From Candidatus Methylomirabilota bacterium (GTDB lineage Bacteria; Methylomirabilota; Methylomirabilia; Rokubacteriales; CSP1-6): a stretch of 64,000 bases of DNA. Numbering within the stretch: position 1 is the stretch's first letter; each line of letters opens with the position of its first letter. Below are positions 26,196-35,146 of this stretch, one piece after another. Both the position numbers and the translations under genes were made by a program. The notes under the pieces are model-generated. The model was not told the DNA's origin, made no database searches, and saw only the letters and a program-made list of their open reading frames with translations. The stretch is taken from contig DATEDO010000219.1 of assembly GCA_035281625.1 (NCBI GenBank), positions 3,952 through 67,951 of the forward strand, read 5' to 3'.

Positions 26196-27644
26196 ATGAC
26201 CACTTCGAGCGCCCAGATCGTTCCCTTCGTGCCGTTCGTGCGGCCGGCGGCGGGGCCGCTCTACCGGCAGATCTACGACGGCTACCGCGCGGCCATCCTC
26301 TCGGGACGGCTCCGGCCCGGGCAGCGGCTGCCCTCCACGCGGGCGCTGGCCGCCGAGCTCGAGATCTCGCGGCTGCCCGCGCTGAACGCGTTCGAGCAGC
26401 TCCTGCACGAAGGCTACATCGAGGGGAAGGTCGGCGCCGGGACCTACGTGGCCCAGGCCATTCCCGATGACCTCACGCGCCCCGCCGATGGGCGGGCGGC
26501 GGAGACGCGCGGGCGCGCCGCCCGGCCCGCGCCGCGTGACGAAGGCGGGCTCGGCCCCTTTCGCGTGAGCGTGCCCGCTCTCGATCAGTTCCCCCACCGG
26601 ATCTGGGCGCGCCTCCTCTGGCGCCATGCCAAGCGGCCGACCAACGAGCTCATGGCTTACGGGGATCCCGCGGGCCACGTGCCTCTCCGCGAGGCGATCG
26701 CCGAATATCTCCGCACCGCACGCGGGGTGCGCGCGGAGGCGGCGCATGTCCTCATCGTGTCGGGATCGCAGATGGCGCTGCAGATCTGCGCGCGGGCCCT
26801 CCTCGCCCCCGGCGACTCCGTCTGCATGGAGGAGCCCGGCTATCCGGGCGCGCGCGACGCCCTCGGCGCCGTCCCCGGCGCGCGACTGGTGCCGGTGCCC
26901 CTCGACGACGAGGGGATCGACGTCGGGCGCCTCGCCGCGGCGGGCCGGCGCGCGCGCCTCGTCTACGTGACGCCCTCGCATCAGTACCCGCTCGGCATCG
27001 CGATGACGGCGGCCCGGCGCCTCGCCCTGCTCCGCTGGGCGCGGGGCGGGGCACGGTGGATCATCGAGGACGACTACGACAGCGAGTATCGCTACGCGAG
27101 CCGGCCGCTCGCCGCGCTCCAGGGCATGGATGCCGCCGCGCGGGTGATCTACGTGGGGACCTTCAGCAAGGTGCTGTTCCCGTCGCTGCGCGTGGGCTAC
27201 GTGGTGGTGCCGCCGGCCCTCTGGGATCGGTTCGTGCGCCTGCGGGAAGGGCTCGACATCTTCTCGCCCACGCTCCCGCAGGCCGTCCTCGCCGACTTCC
27301 TCGCCGAGGGCCACTTCGCGCGCCATCTGCGTCGCATGCGCAAGCTCTACCAGGGCCGGCGCGATGCGCTCGTCGGCGCGGTCCGGCGGGAGCTGGGCGA
27401 TCTCGTCACCATCGTCGGCGCGGAGGCGGGCCTGCATCTGTCCGTTCTCCTGCCTCCCGGTGTGGACGATCGCGAGGTGCTCCGGCGCGCGGCGGCCGGG
27501 GGCGTGACCGGCTCGACGCTCACCTCCTGCTACGCGGGCCGGCGGCGGCGCAGCGGGCTCATCCTCGGCTTCGGCGGATCGGACGAGGGCCGGCTCCGCG
27601 AGGCGATGGCGACCCTCGCGGGCGTGATCCGCGCCCTCGCGTGA
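26196..27644 (+). CDS. MocR/GntR-family transcriptional regulator with fused PLP-dependent aminotransferase-like domain
   Basis: The N-terminal winged helix-turn-helix (YRQIYDGYRAAILSGRLRPGQRLPSTRALAAELEISR) is followed by an aminotransferase fold I domain carrying the PLP-binding Lys (GTFSKVLFPSLRVGY). The start is ambiguous between ATGs at 26163, 26172 and 26196. 26196 is chosen because GGAAGAG lies upstream. Confidence 0.8.
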   Translation: MTTSSAQIVPFVPFVRPAAGPLYRQIYDGYRAAILSGRLRPGQRLPSTRALAAELEISRLPALNAFEQLLHEGYIEGKVGAGTYVAQAIPDDLTRPADGRAAETRGRAARPAPRDEGGLGPFRVSVPALDQFPHRIWARLLWRHAKRPTNELMAYGDPAGHVPLREAIAEYLRTARGVRAEAAHVLIVSGSQMALQICARALLAPGDSVCMEEPGYPGARDALGAVPGARLVPVPLDDEGIDVGRLAAAGRRARLVYVTPSHQYPLGIAMTAARRLALLRWARGGARWIIEDDYDSEYRYASRPLAALQGMDAAARVIYVGTFSKVLFPSLRVGYVVVPPALWDRFVRLREGLDIFSPTLPQAVLADFLAEGHFARHLRRMRKLYQGRRDALVGAVRRELGDLVTIVGAEAGLHLSVLLPPGVDDREVLRRAAAGGVTGSTLTSCYAGRRRRSGLILGFGGSDEGRLREAMATLAGVIRALA

Positions 27645-27648
27645 GGGT

Positions 27649-29007
27649 ATGATGCCTCTCGCCATGACCGCCCGCGTGCTGTCGCTCGCGCTGGCCTGTC
27701 TGCTCGTCGCTCCTGTCGGCGCGGGCGCGCAGGCCTTCTTCACCGCGACGCCCAGCCCCAACCTCCGCATCGCGCCCCTGACCATTCGCGCCGCGGTCAC
27801 GCCCGCGGAGGGTCCGGTGTCGATGCGCGTGCAGTTCGGCGTGATGGCGCCGGCCGGCGCCACCGTGCCCGATCTCTACCTGCTCTGGCCCGGCGAGGTG
27901 AAGGGTGATCCCTCGCTCGGCGCCCGCCAGCCCGAGCTCGCCGAGCAGGTGACGGCGCTGCGCTACGAGGTGATCGACGAGGGGCGCCTGCCCCTTCGCT
28001 CGCGCAATCTGACCGCGGGCGCCGGCCCCGGCGCCCGCGAAGTCGTGCCGGGCGGCGCGCCCTACGTGACGTTCGTCCAGACCGGCGGGACGTCGGGTCT
28101 GAGCGCACCCGCTACCTGGATCCGGATCCCCTCCACGTCGCGCCTCGCGGATCCGGACTGGATCACCACGCTGGAGATTCCCAGCCTTTCCGCGGTGCGG
28201 GCCAAGCGTCCCACCTGGCTCGAACGCCTCGTGCTCGGCGAGCGCCACCTCTTCACCATGAGCTTCTACGAGGTGCGAGGCCGGCCTCTCCGCCGCATCT
28301 ATCTCACCCATCGCGACCGCCTCGTTCGCCTGGGCGACGCGCCCGCAGAGATGGTGGTGACCTTCAGCGAGTCGGATCACCTGAAGATCGACAGCGTGGC
28401 CCCGGCCACCGCGGTGCGCGGGGTGAGCGAGACCGCGGAGAGCACGGAGACGGTCACGCTGTACCTCGAGACCGGCGAGGGCATCACGCCACAGCGGCTG
28501 AGCGTGCAGTATGGCTACTTCTCCCGCACTCAGGCCATCGCGGTGGTGGCGATCCCGCTCGTCCTCCTGCTCCTGGGCTACGCGATCGGGCCGCTGGTGG
28601 GGCGCGTGTCGCTACACGTCGCTCAGCGGCTGGCCGGGCGCTTCCACCTCTCGCGCTGGGACGGCCTGCCGCGCGAGCGCAAGGCCGGCGTCGTCCTCTC
28701 GCGCGACGTGCTGGCGCGGATCCGGCCCGGCGAAACCACGCAGGACGAGGTGCTTCGCCTGTGCGGGCCCAATGTCGAGGTCCTCGAGCACATCCCCTCG
28801 GACGGCCACCGCACGCTCGTCTATCGCGGCCGGCACGTCCGCCCGCAGACCCGCCGCCTCATCGGCATGCTCGCCGCCGTGCGCCACCTCGAGGTGGAGC
28901 AGCACGAGGTGAGCATCGAGCTCGCCGACGGGGTGGTGCGGGACGTCAAGGCCGATATCCGGCGCTCGCGCGTCGCCGTCGGGGACGGTGACGGCGCACC
29001 CGTGTGA
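27649..29007 (+). CDS. Hypothetical exported protein with C-proximal TM helix (452 aa)
   Basis: The signal peptide is MMPLAMTARVLSLALACLLVAPVGAGAQA. One internal TM helix (AIAVVAIPLVLLLLGYAIGPLV) is followed by a ~150-aa basic C-terminal domain. No family is recognized. Confidence 0.55.
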   Translation: MMPLAMTARVLSLALACLLVAPVGAGAQAFFTATPSPNLRIAPLTIRAAVTPAEGPVSMRVQFGVMAPAGATVPDLYLLWPGEVKGDPSLGARQPELAEQVTALRYEVIDEGRLPLRSRNLTAGAGPGAREVVPGGAPYVTFVQTGGTSGLSAPATWIRIPSTSRLADPDWITTLEIPSLSAVRAKRPTWLERLVLGERHLFTMSFYEVRGRPLRRIYLTHRDRLVRLGDAPAEMVVTFSESDHLKIDSVAPATAVRGVSETAESTETVTLYLETGEGITPQRLSVQYGYFSRTQAIAVVAIPLVLLLLGYAIGPLVGRVSLHVAQRLAGRFHLSRWDGLPRERKAGVVLSRDVLARIRPGETTQDEVLRLCGPNVEVLEHIPSDGHRTLVYRGRHVRPQTRRLIGMLAAVRHLEVEQHEVSIELADGVVRDVKADIRRSRVAVGDGDGAPV

Positions 29008-29028
29008 GCCAAGTCAAGGAGACGGAAC

Positions 29029-29769
29029 ATGACCAGCGTCGTCACCCCGGAGCGGTTCGCCCGCGGCATGACCTTCGAGGAATACCTCCGCTACGTGGGC
29101 TCGCCCGAGAACCTGGCCCGCGAGGCCTGGGGCGGCTACTACCCCGATAGCGGATCCATCGCGACGGTTCGAAAGGACAACAGCGTGGTCTTCCGCGAGC
29201 GCTACGCCAGGGCGCGCCTGAGCGAGCAGCAGACCGCGGCCATCACGTGGCTGGTGACCCAGCCCGACGCCCCGGCCAAGATCCTCATGATCTCGGAGGA
29301 CTGGTCGTCCGACTGCCGGCGGGACGTGCCCATGTTCGCGCGCCTCGCCGAGGCGGGCGGCCTGGAGCTGCGCATCTTCAACCGGGACGGAAAGAAGATC
29401 CTGGGCAAGCGACGGCCGGACCCCGCCGCCTATCCCGACGGCAATCACGACATCATGCTGGAGTTCCTCAACAAGAAGGACGGCGCCGAGTGGGCGTCGC
29501 TCCCCGTGGCGGTCATCTACACCAAGGACCTGCGCGAGCTGCATCGCTACGTCGAGTACCCCGCCATCTATCACAAGGACCGAGTGCGAGGGTTCCAGCA
29601 GGCGGCGAAGGCCGGGGAAAGCGAAGAGCAACGGAAGGATCGCGATCGCCGCGAATTCCTGGGCCTGCAGGCCTCGCCCTTCTTCGACATCTGGGCCTCG
29701 GCGGCCATCGACGAGGTGCTGACCGCACTCCACGAGCGCCGCGTGCTCGCGGGCGGGGCGGCGTCCTAG
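29029..29769 (+). CDS. Thioredoxin-like fold protein (single-Cys WSSDC variant, Thioredoxin_9-like)
   Basis: 246 aa. KILMISEDWSSDCRRDVP resembles the thioredoxin-like WCxDC site with its first Cys replaced by Ser. Confidence 0.55.
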   Translation: MTSVVTPERFARGMTFEEYLRYVGSPENLAREAWGGYYPDSGSIATVRKDNSVVFRERYARARLSEQQTAAITWLVTQPDAPAKILMISEDWSSDCRRDVPMFARLAEAGGLELRIFNRDGKKILGKRRPDPAAYPDGNHDIMLEFLNKKDGAEWASLPVAVIYTKDLRELHRYVEYPAIYHKDRVRGFQQAAKAGESEEQRKDRDRREFLGLQASPFFDIWASAAIDEVLTALHERRVLAGGAAS

Positions 29770-29771
29770 CC

Positions 29772-30137
29772 ATGGCGCGCTTCTGGCGGCTCTACAGCGA
29801 CCCCGACGGCCAGTCGAAGATCGTGGAGGAAAAGCCCGCCATGCGCCCGTTCACCGACACCGAGGGCGCGCACGGTGAGGGGACGCCCATGGTGCCGGTC
29901 ACCGGGATCTCCTTCCGCACCTCGCCGCCCGGCTACGTGCTCTCCTGGCACTGCGCGCCCCGGCGGCAGTACTCGATCACGCTCTCGGGCGAGGCGGAGA
30001 TCGAGGTGGGCGACGGCACCGTGGCTCGCATCCGCCCGGGCGACGTGGTGCTCGCAGAGGACCTGACCGGGCAAGGGCATATCACCCGCGTGGTAGGAAA
30101 CACTCCCCGCCTATCCGCCCTGGTGCCCCTGGCCTGA
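29772..30137 (+). CDS. Cupin domain protein
   Basis: 121 aa from the ATG at 29772 (MARFWRLYSDPDG), 2 nt after the upstream stop. The pattern is a small beta-barrel cupin type (GYVLSWHCAPRRQYSITLSGEAEIEVGDG). Confidence 0.6.
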   Translation: MARFWRLYSDPDGQSKIVEEKPAMRPFTDTEGAHGEGTPMVPVTGISFRTSPPGYVLSWHCAPRRQYSITLSGEAEIEVGDGTVARIRPGDVVLAEDLTGQGHITRVVGNTPRLSALVPLA

Positions 30138-30153
30138 CGGGGCGACAGGTGGC

Positions 30154-30231
30154 GCGGGCGGGGCGGGCGGGCCGCCCTCAGCGGCGAATGCTGTACTGAG
30201 CAAGCGAGGGCGGCCCGCCCGCCCCGCCCGC
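30154..30231. terminator. 26-bp perfect GC-rich inverted repeat (bidirectional terminator-like hairpin) filling the gap between two convergent genes
   Basis: The left arm gcgggcggggcgggcgggccgccctc (30154-30179) is the exact reverse complement of the right arm gagggcggcccgcccgccccgcccgc (30206-30231). The 26-nt AT-richer loop is agcggcgaatgctgtactgagcaagc. The flanking stops are at 30137 (+) and 30237 (-). Confidence 0.6.
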
Positions 30232-30236
30232 GACCG

Positions 30237-31422
30237 CTAACCCATCGGATCGACGTCAGGGACGCCGAGGAGGATCTGCCCCAGCCGCTCGTACGCCGAG
30301 TCCGCCACCATGAAGTGCTGGGCGCCGGCGCTGAGATCGCGGAAGCAGCGCTGGAGCACGCCGGAGCGGTAGAGGGCGCCGCCGCCCGCGGCGCGAAAGA
30401 GGCCGGTGACGATCTCCGCCGCGGTCTCGGTGGCATGGACGGCCATGCTCCGCGTCTGGGCCTGCAGGCGGCGATCCGGCATCTGGCCGGCGCTCGCCAC
30501 GCGCCACGCCTCCTCGAAGAGCTCGATGGCCCCGGCCCGGACGGCGCGGAGACGGATCTCGCTCTCGCCCAGTAGCGCCTGATAGCGGGCGCGCCCGGCC
30601 ACGGGGTCGGGCTTGGCCCCCATGCCGCGGTGCTTGGTCGCCGCCAGCTCCAGTGAAGCCTCGAGCGCGCGCCGGGCCACGCCCAGCGCGAAGGCCGCGT
30701 GCTCGTACGCCACGAACGCCGGCATCCCGAGGCGGAAGAGCGCCCCGCCGCGGCGGGGGCGCGTCGCGACGAGATCCCAGGCGAAGTCGGTGGGGACGAA
30801 GAGGTCCTTCACCGAGACGTCGTTGCTGCCGGTGCCCTCGAGTCCCGCCACGCTCCAGTTGTCGTGGATCTCCGCGGCGGAGGCGGGGAACACCGCGACG
30901 TGGCGCGTGCCCGGATCCTGCGCGTCGCGGCGCACCCAGCAGCCGACGGCGAGCCATTCGGCATGGCGCGCGCCGCTGGCGAACGGCCAGCGGCCGGTCA
31001 GGCGGTACCCGCCGTCGACCGGCGTCGCGACGCCGGCGGGGGCGATGGCCACCGCCGCCGTCGGGACGCGGCCATCGGGCATGAGGGCCTTGACCGCGAC
31101 GTCGGGAAGAAAGCCGGCGGGCAGGCCGACGGCCGTGGTCGCCACCATCAGGCACCAGCCGGCGGAGGCGTCGAGACGCGTCACCGCCTCGAGCACCTCG
31201 AGCTGGGTCACGGGATCAGCCTCGATGCCGCCGAGGGATTCCGGCACCTTCAGGGCGAGCAGGCCGGAGTCGCGAAAGGCCTGGACGGTGGCGGGAGGCA
31301 GGGTGCGGAGCCGCTCCCCCTCCTCCGCGCCCGCCGCGAGCACGCCGCCGATGCGCTCGACCGCCTCGAGGAGAGCGGCGCGCCGCGCCGCGCGCTCGCG
31401 TGGAAACGCCGGGGTGGTCAAC
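30237..31422 (-). CDS. Acyl-CoA dehydrogenase family protein (type-2/flavin-dependent monooxygenase-like C-terminal domain)
   Basis: About 395 aa. The ACAD fold extends from N-terminus to C-terminus (…LKVPESLGG…, C-terminal MVADSAYERLGQILLG). The start is uncertain. I propose the TTG at 31420-31422 (LTTPAFPRERAARRAALLE), and the ORF-track extension to 31733 is Arg-rich. Confidence 0.65.
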
Positions 31423-32050
31423 GGCCGGCCGGAACGGAGGCGAGCTCGCGCCACTGCTTGAGCCCGAGGCGCGCGACCACCTCGAAGCCCGTCCCGAGCG
31501 GCCGCACCACGTCGGCCTCGCCTTCCTCCAGATACTGACCGCCCACCAGGCTGTAGTAGGGATAGGCGTGGCCGACGATCACCGTGTTGGCGCCGGTGGC
31601 CACGGGCTCGGCCATCAGCGCGCGGAGGGCCGCATAGCGCTCCGGCGTGCCGGCCGCTCCCCTCCGCTCCACCACCGCCATGGCCTTGTCGGCTCGCCCG
31701 AAGGCCAGCACCGCGGTCTCCACGGTACGACACATGGGGCTCGCCAGCACCGCCCCGATGGGGATCTGCAGCGCCCGGATAGCCTCGCCGATCTGGCGCG
31801 AGTGCTCGCGCCCCTTGTCGGCGAGGGGGCGCTGGTTGGCGCAGTCGTCGAAGCCCTTCATCCGGCGATCGTTCTGACTCCAGTCGGTGTCGCCGTGACG
31901 GAAGTAGATGATGTAGCCGCCCCCGCGCAGCGCGGCCAGGAGGTCGGCGCCGCCGAGCGGCGGGTTCGCCCTGGTCTGGGCGACGAGCGCGGAGGGCGCG
32001 GCGACCGCCAGCGCGACCGCCACTGCTCCCGCGTGCCGCCAGATCCGCAT
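31418..32050 (-). CDS. Histidine phosphatase family protein (phosphoglycerate-mutase-like), exported
   Basis: 210 aa. The signal peptide is MRIWRHAGAVAVALAVAAPSALVAQ. The catalytic RHG is in YFRHGDTDW, with a downstream His (VIVGHAYP). Confidence 0.75.
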   Translation of the reverse strand: MRIWRHAGAVAVALAVAAPSALVAQTRANPPLGGADLLAALRGGGYIIYFRHGDTDWSQNDRRMKGFDDCANQRPLADKGREHSRQIGEAIRALQIPIGAVLASPMCRTVETAVLAFGRADKAMAVVERRGAAGTPERYAALRALMAEPVATGANTVIVGHAYPYYSLVGGQYLEEGEADVVRPLGTGFEVVARLGLKQWRELASVPAGR

Positions 32051-32057
32051 GCGCCGG

Positions 32058-33095
32058 CTACTGCGTGAGGTCGACCAGCACCTTCATGACGGGCCCGCCC
32101 CTGAGCGCCTGCTCCATGCCCTCGCCGAGCGCCTCCAGCGGGATCTTCTTGCTCACCAGCGGGCCCAGCGTGACCGCGCCGGTGGCGCCGAGGCGAATGG
32201 CCTCCTCCCAGGCCTCCCAGGTGTAGAGCCGGCTCGCGTGCATGGTGAGCTCCCGCGAGAACATCGCCAGGAGATTCACCGGCATGGGCTCCGAATGAAT
32301 GGCGACGATGCTGATCGTGCCCCAGACGCGCACCACGTCGGTCATGAGGCGGACGGCCGTGGGATTGCCCGTCACCTCGAAGGCGACGTCCACGCCTTCG
32401 CCGTTGGTCCACTCGGGAATGACCTCGAGCACGTTACGCTCGGGGCCGATGACCTCGAGGCCTAGTCCCTTCAGCATGTCGACGCGGAACGGATTGATCT
32501 CGGCCACCGCGACCCGCGCGCCGCGATGCCGGCACACCATGGCGATGAGCGCGCCGATGGGCCCGCCGCCGAACACGAGCACCGCGTCGCCGGGCTTCAC
32601 CTGGGCGCGGGTGACGTCGTGCGTGGCCACGGCCAGGGGCTCGATGAGGGCGGCGTGGTCGTCGCTCAGCGCGTCGGGCACCTTGAGGAGTCGGTCCACC
32701 GGCACCGGGTAGAGCTCGCGCATGCCGCCGTCCACGTCCACGCCGCGGACCTTCAGGTGGTAGCAGACATAGGACGCGCCCATCTTGCACGCGCGGCACT
32801 CGCCGCAGGACACCACCGGATTGATGACGACGCGGTCCCCCGCGCGCACCGTCGCGCCGGCGGGCGCCTCCACCACCTCGCCGAAGGTCTCGTGGCCGAT
32901 GATGCGGCCCTTGCCCACGCGGGCGTCGAGATGTCCCTCGAAGATGTGGAGATCCGTCCCGCAGATGCCGACCCGGCGCACCCGCAGCAGGGCCTCGCCC
33001 GCGCCGGCCGTCGGGGCCGGTGCGGTACCGGACACGAAGTGTCGGGCGCCCTGATAGAACTGCGCGCGGATGGTCTTCGCCGGGGTCGCCGTCAT
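32058..33095 (-). CDS. Zinc-dependent medium-chain dehydrogenase/reductase (MDR; sorbitol/threonine-dehydrogenase-like)
   Basis: 345 aa from the ATG at 33093-33095, with GGAGG 7 nt upstream. The catalytic Zn site is GICGTDLH, the structural Zn site is CGECRACKMG...C, and the NAD fold is VLVFGGGPIG. The upstream ORF-track extension overlaps caiB-like. Confidence 0.85.
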   Translation of the reverse strand: MTATPAKTIRAQFYQGARHFVSGTAPAPTAGAGEALLRVRRVGICGTDLHIFEGHLDARVGKGRIIGHETFGEVVEAPAGATVRAGDRVVINPVVSCGECRACKMGASYVCYHLKVRGVDVDGGMRELYPVPVDRLLKVPDALSDDHAALIEPLAVATHDVTRAQVKPGDAVLVFGGGPIGALIAMVCRHRGARVAVAEINPFRVDMLKGLGLEVIGPERNVLEVIPEWTNGEGVDVAFEVTGNPTAVRLMTDVVRVWGTISIVAIHSEPMPVNLLAMFSRELTMHASRLYTWEAWEEAIRLGATGAVTLGPLVSKKIPLEALGEGMEQALRGGPVMKVLVDLTQ

Positions 33096-34234
33096 GACCG
33101 GGCCTCCTTCACGCCGCGGATCTCCGCGTTGTGCTCGCCAAGCGTGGGCGGCGCGCGGCGGATCCTCGGCTTCTCGCCGTCGAAGTTGAGCGGCAGGGCC
33201 ACCAGGTCGAGATTGTCCGCGCCGGGCACGGGCTGGAGCATGCCGGTGGCCTTGGTCTGCGGGTGCTCCACGATCTCGGGCAGGGAATGAATGGGCGCGC
33301 AGGGCACGCCGGCCGCCTCGAGGATGTCCACCCACTCGCCCTTGGTGCGAGTGGCGATGATCTCGCGGATCCTGCCGAGCAGCTCGGCCTTGTTGGTGGA
33401 GCGCCCGGTGTTCTTCGCGTAGCGCGGATCCGTGGCCCATTCCGGGTGTCCCAGGGCGCCGGCGAGCTTGGCGAAGAGGCGGTCGTTGCCGGCGGCGATG
33501 ATGATCTCGCCGTTCTTCGTCTCGAAGCCCTCGAAGGGGATGAGGCGGCTCGAGCCGGTGCGGTGGCGCACCGGCACCTCGCCGGAGATGCGATACGAGG
33601 CATAGTGGCCGGTGAGCCAGCCCAGCGCGGTCTCCAGCAGGGAGGCGTCCACCACACAGCCCTTGCCGGTGCGGCCGCGCTGGATCAAGCCGGCGAGCGC
33701 GCCCATGGCCGCCCACATGCCGGTGCCGAAATCGAGGATGGAGGTCCCGATGCGGGTGGGCGGACTGTCCTCGTCGCCGTTCATGGCCATGAGGCCGGAG
33801 AACGCCTGCACCATGGGCTCGAAGCCGGGGTTGAGCTTGAGCGGGCCGGTGCGCCCGAGCGCCCAGATCGCGGCATAGATCAGGCGCGGGTTCTTCTGCA
33901 GCATCACGTCCGAGCCGAGGCCCAGCTCCTCCATCGCGCCCGGCCGCATGTTGTGGACGAGCACGTCGGCGCGCGTCACCTCGTCCAGGAGCCAGGCAAC
34001 GTCCTTCGGGTCCTTGAGATCCAGCGTGATTCCGCGCTTGTCCGAGTTCATGGCGAGATACGCGGGGGACACCCCGTTCCAGAAAGGCGGCCCCCAGCCA
34101 CGCGCGTCGTCACCCTCGGGGCGCTCGACCTTGATGACGTCGGCGCCCATGCGGGCGAGAATGCCCGCGGCGAACGGCCCCGCGAAGGCGCCGCCCAGCT
34201 CGATCACGCGAATGCCCTCGAGCGGCAGGGCCAT
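33092..34234 (-). CDS. Family III CoA-transferase (CaiB/BaiF/alpha-methylacyl-CoA racemase family)
   Basis: 380 aa. The N-terminus is LEGIRVIELGGAFAGPFAAGILARMGADVIKVE, and the catalytic Asp region is conserved. The stop overlaps the MDR start (ATGA). Confidence 0.85.
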   Translation of the reverse strand: MALPLEGIRVIELGGAFAGPFAAGILARMGADVIKVERPEGDDARGWGPPFWNGVSPAYLAMNSDKRGITLDLKDPKDVAWLLDEVTRADVLVHNMRPGAMEELGLGSDVMLQKNPRLIYAAIWALGRTGPLKLNPGFEPMVQAFSGLMAMNGDEDSPPTRIGTSILDFGTGMWAAMGALAGLIQRGRTGKGCVVDASLLETALGWLTGHYASYRISGEVPVRHRTGSSRLIPFEGFETKNGEIIIAAGNDRLFAKLAGALGHPEWATDPRYAKNTGRSTNKAELLGRIREIIATRTKGEWVDILEAAGVPCAPIHSLPEIVEHPQTKATGMLQPVPGADNLDLVALPLNFDGEKPRIRRAPPTLGEHNAEIRGVKEARS

Positions 34235-34238
34235 GGGC

Positions 34239-35111
34239 TCAGGCCTCCGGCGCCGGGGTGAAGCGGTGGCCGCCGTCCTTCTTCACGATGAAGCCGGGGC
34301 GGGGAAAGTGAGCCGCGCACACCAGCACGCCGGAGTCCGCCATCTGCTCCACGAAGGCCTTGCGCGTGCGCGCGGCGTGGGCCATGTCGGTGCAGAACCG
34401 GCTCGACCACTGGGGCTCGGCCACCTGCACCACGCGGTGCATGAGGTCGCCGGAGAAGACGGCCTCGCCCGCCGTGGTGGTGAGGCGCACGCAGGAATGG
34501 CCCGGGGTGTGGCCGTGCGAGGGCTCGAAGCGGAGATGCTCGTCCACCCTGAACGTCTCGTCCACGAGCAGGGCCTTGCCCGCCTCCATGATGGGCGCCA
34601 CGCTGTCGGTGAAGCAGCCGGAGGCGTCACGCCCCGCCTCCTGCTCGCGCTTCCAGTATTCGAACTCGGAGCCCACCATCACGTACTTCGCGTTGGGGAA
34701 GGTCGGTACCCACGTGCCCTCGACGAGGCGCGTGTTCCAGCCCACGTGGTCCACGTGCAGATGGGTGCAGAGGACGAAATCCACCCCCTCGGGGCGGACG
34801 CCGGCGGCGCGGAGGTCGTCGAGATAGGTGCCGTGCTTCTTGTTCCAGGCGGGCACCTCGTGGCGCTCCTTGTCGTCGCCCACCCCGGTGTCGATGACCA
34901 CGGTGTGCTTCGGGGTCTTCACCACGTAGGACTGGATGCGCGAGCCCATGTCGCCGGTGGTGTCGTCCCAGAAGTCGGGCTTGAGCCAGCCGTGATGCCG
35001 CGCGATGGCGTCGGCGCTGGAGTCCGGGAGCATGGACGGCGTGGGGTTGTACGAGCGCGGGATCTCGATCACGCGGGTGATGGTGACGTCGGCGAGACGG
35101 GTAGTCGGCAT
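34239..35111 (-). CDS. MBL-fold metallo-hydrolase (lactonase/AttM-AiiB-like)
   Basis: 290 aa. The motif is HLHVDHVGW (HxHxDH), with downstream H and D ligands. Confidence 0.8.
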   Translation of the reverse strand: MPTTRLADVTITRVIEIPRSYNPTPSMLPDSSADAIARHHGWLKPDFWDDTTGDMGSRIQSYVVKTPKHTVVIDTGVGDDKERHEVPAWNKKHGTYLDDLRAAGVRPEGVDFVLCTHLHVDHVGWNTRLVEGTWVPTFPNAKYVMVGSEFEYWKREQEAGRDASGCFTDSVAPIMEAGKALLVDETFRVDEHLRFEPSHGHTPGHSCVRLTTTAGEAVFSGDLMHRVVQVAEPQWSSRFCTDMAHAARTRKAFVEQMADSGVLVCAAHFPRPGFIVKKDGGHRFTPAPEA

Positions 35112-35146
35112 GCATTCACCTCATGGGTCGACAAAACAGTCGGTGG

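Noticed and set aside
24043-26199. 718-aa plus-strand ORF
   Set aside because: It overlaps the DapA-like gene out of frame, then runs antisense to the NIPSNAP, ABM and hypothetical genes.
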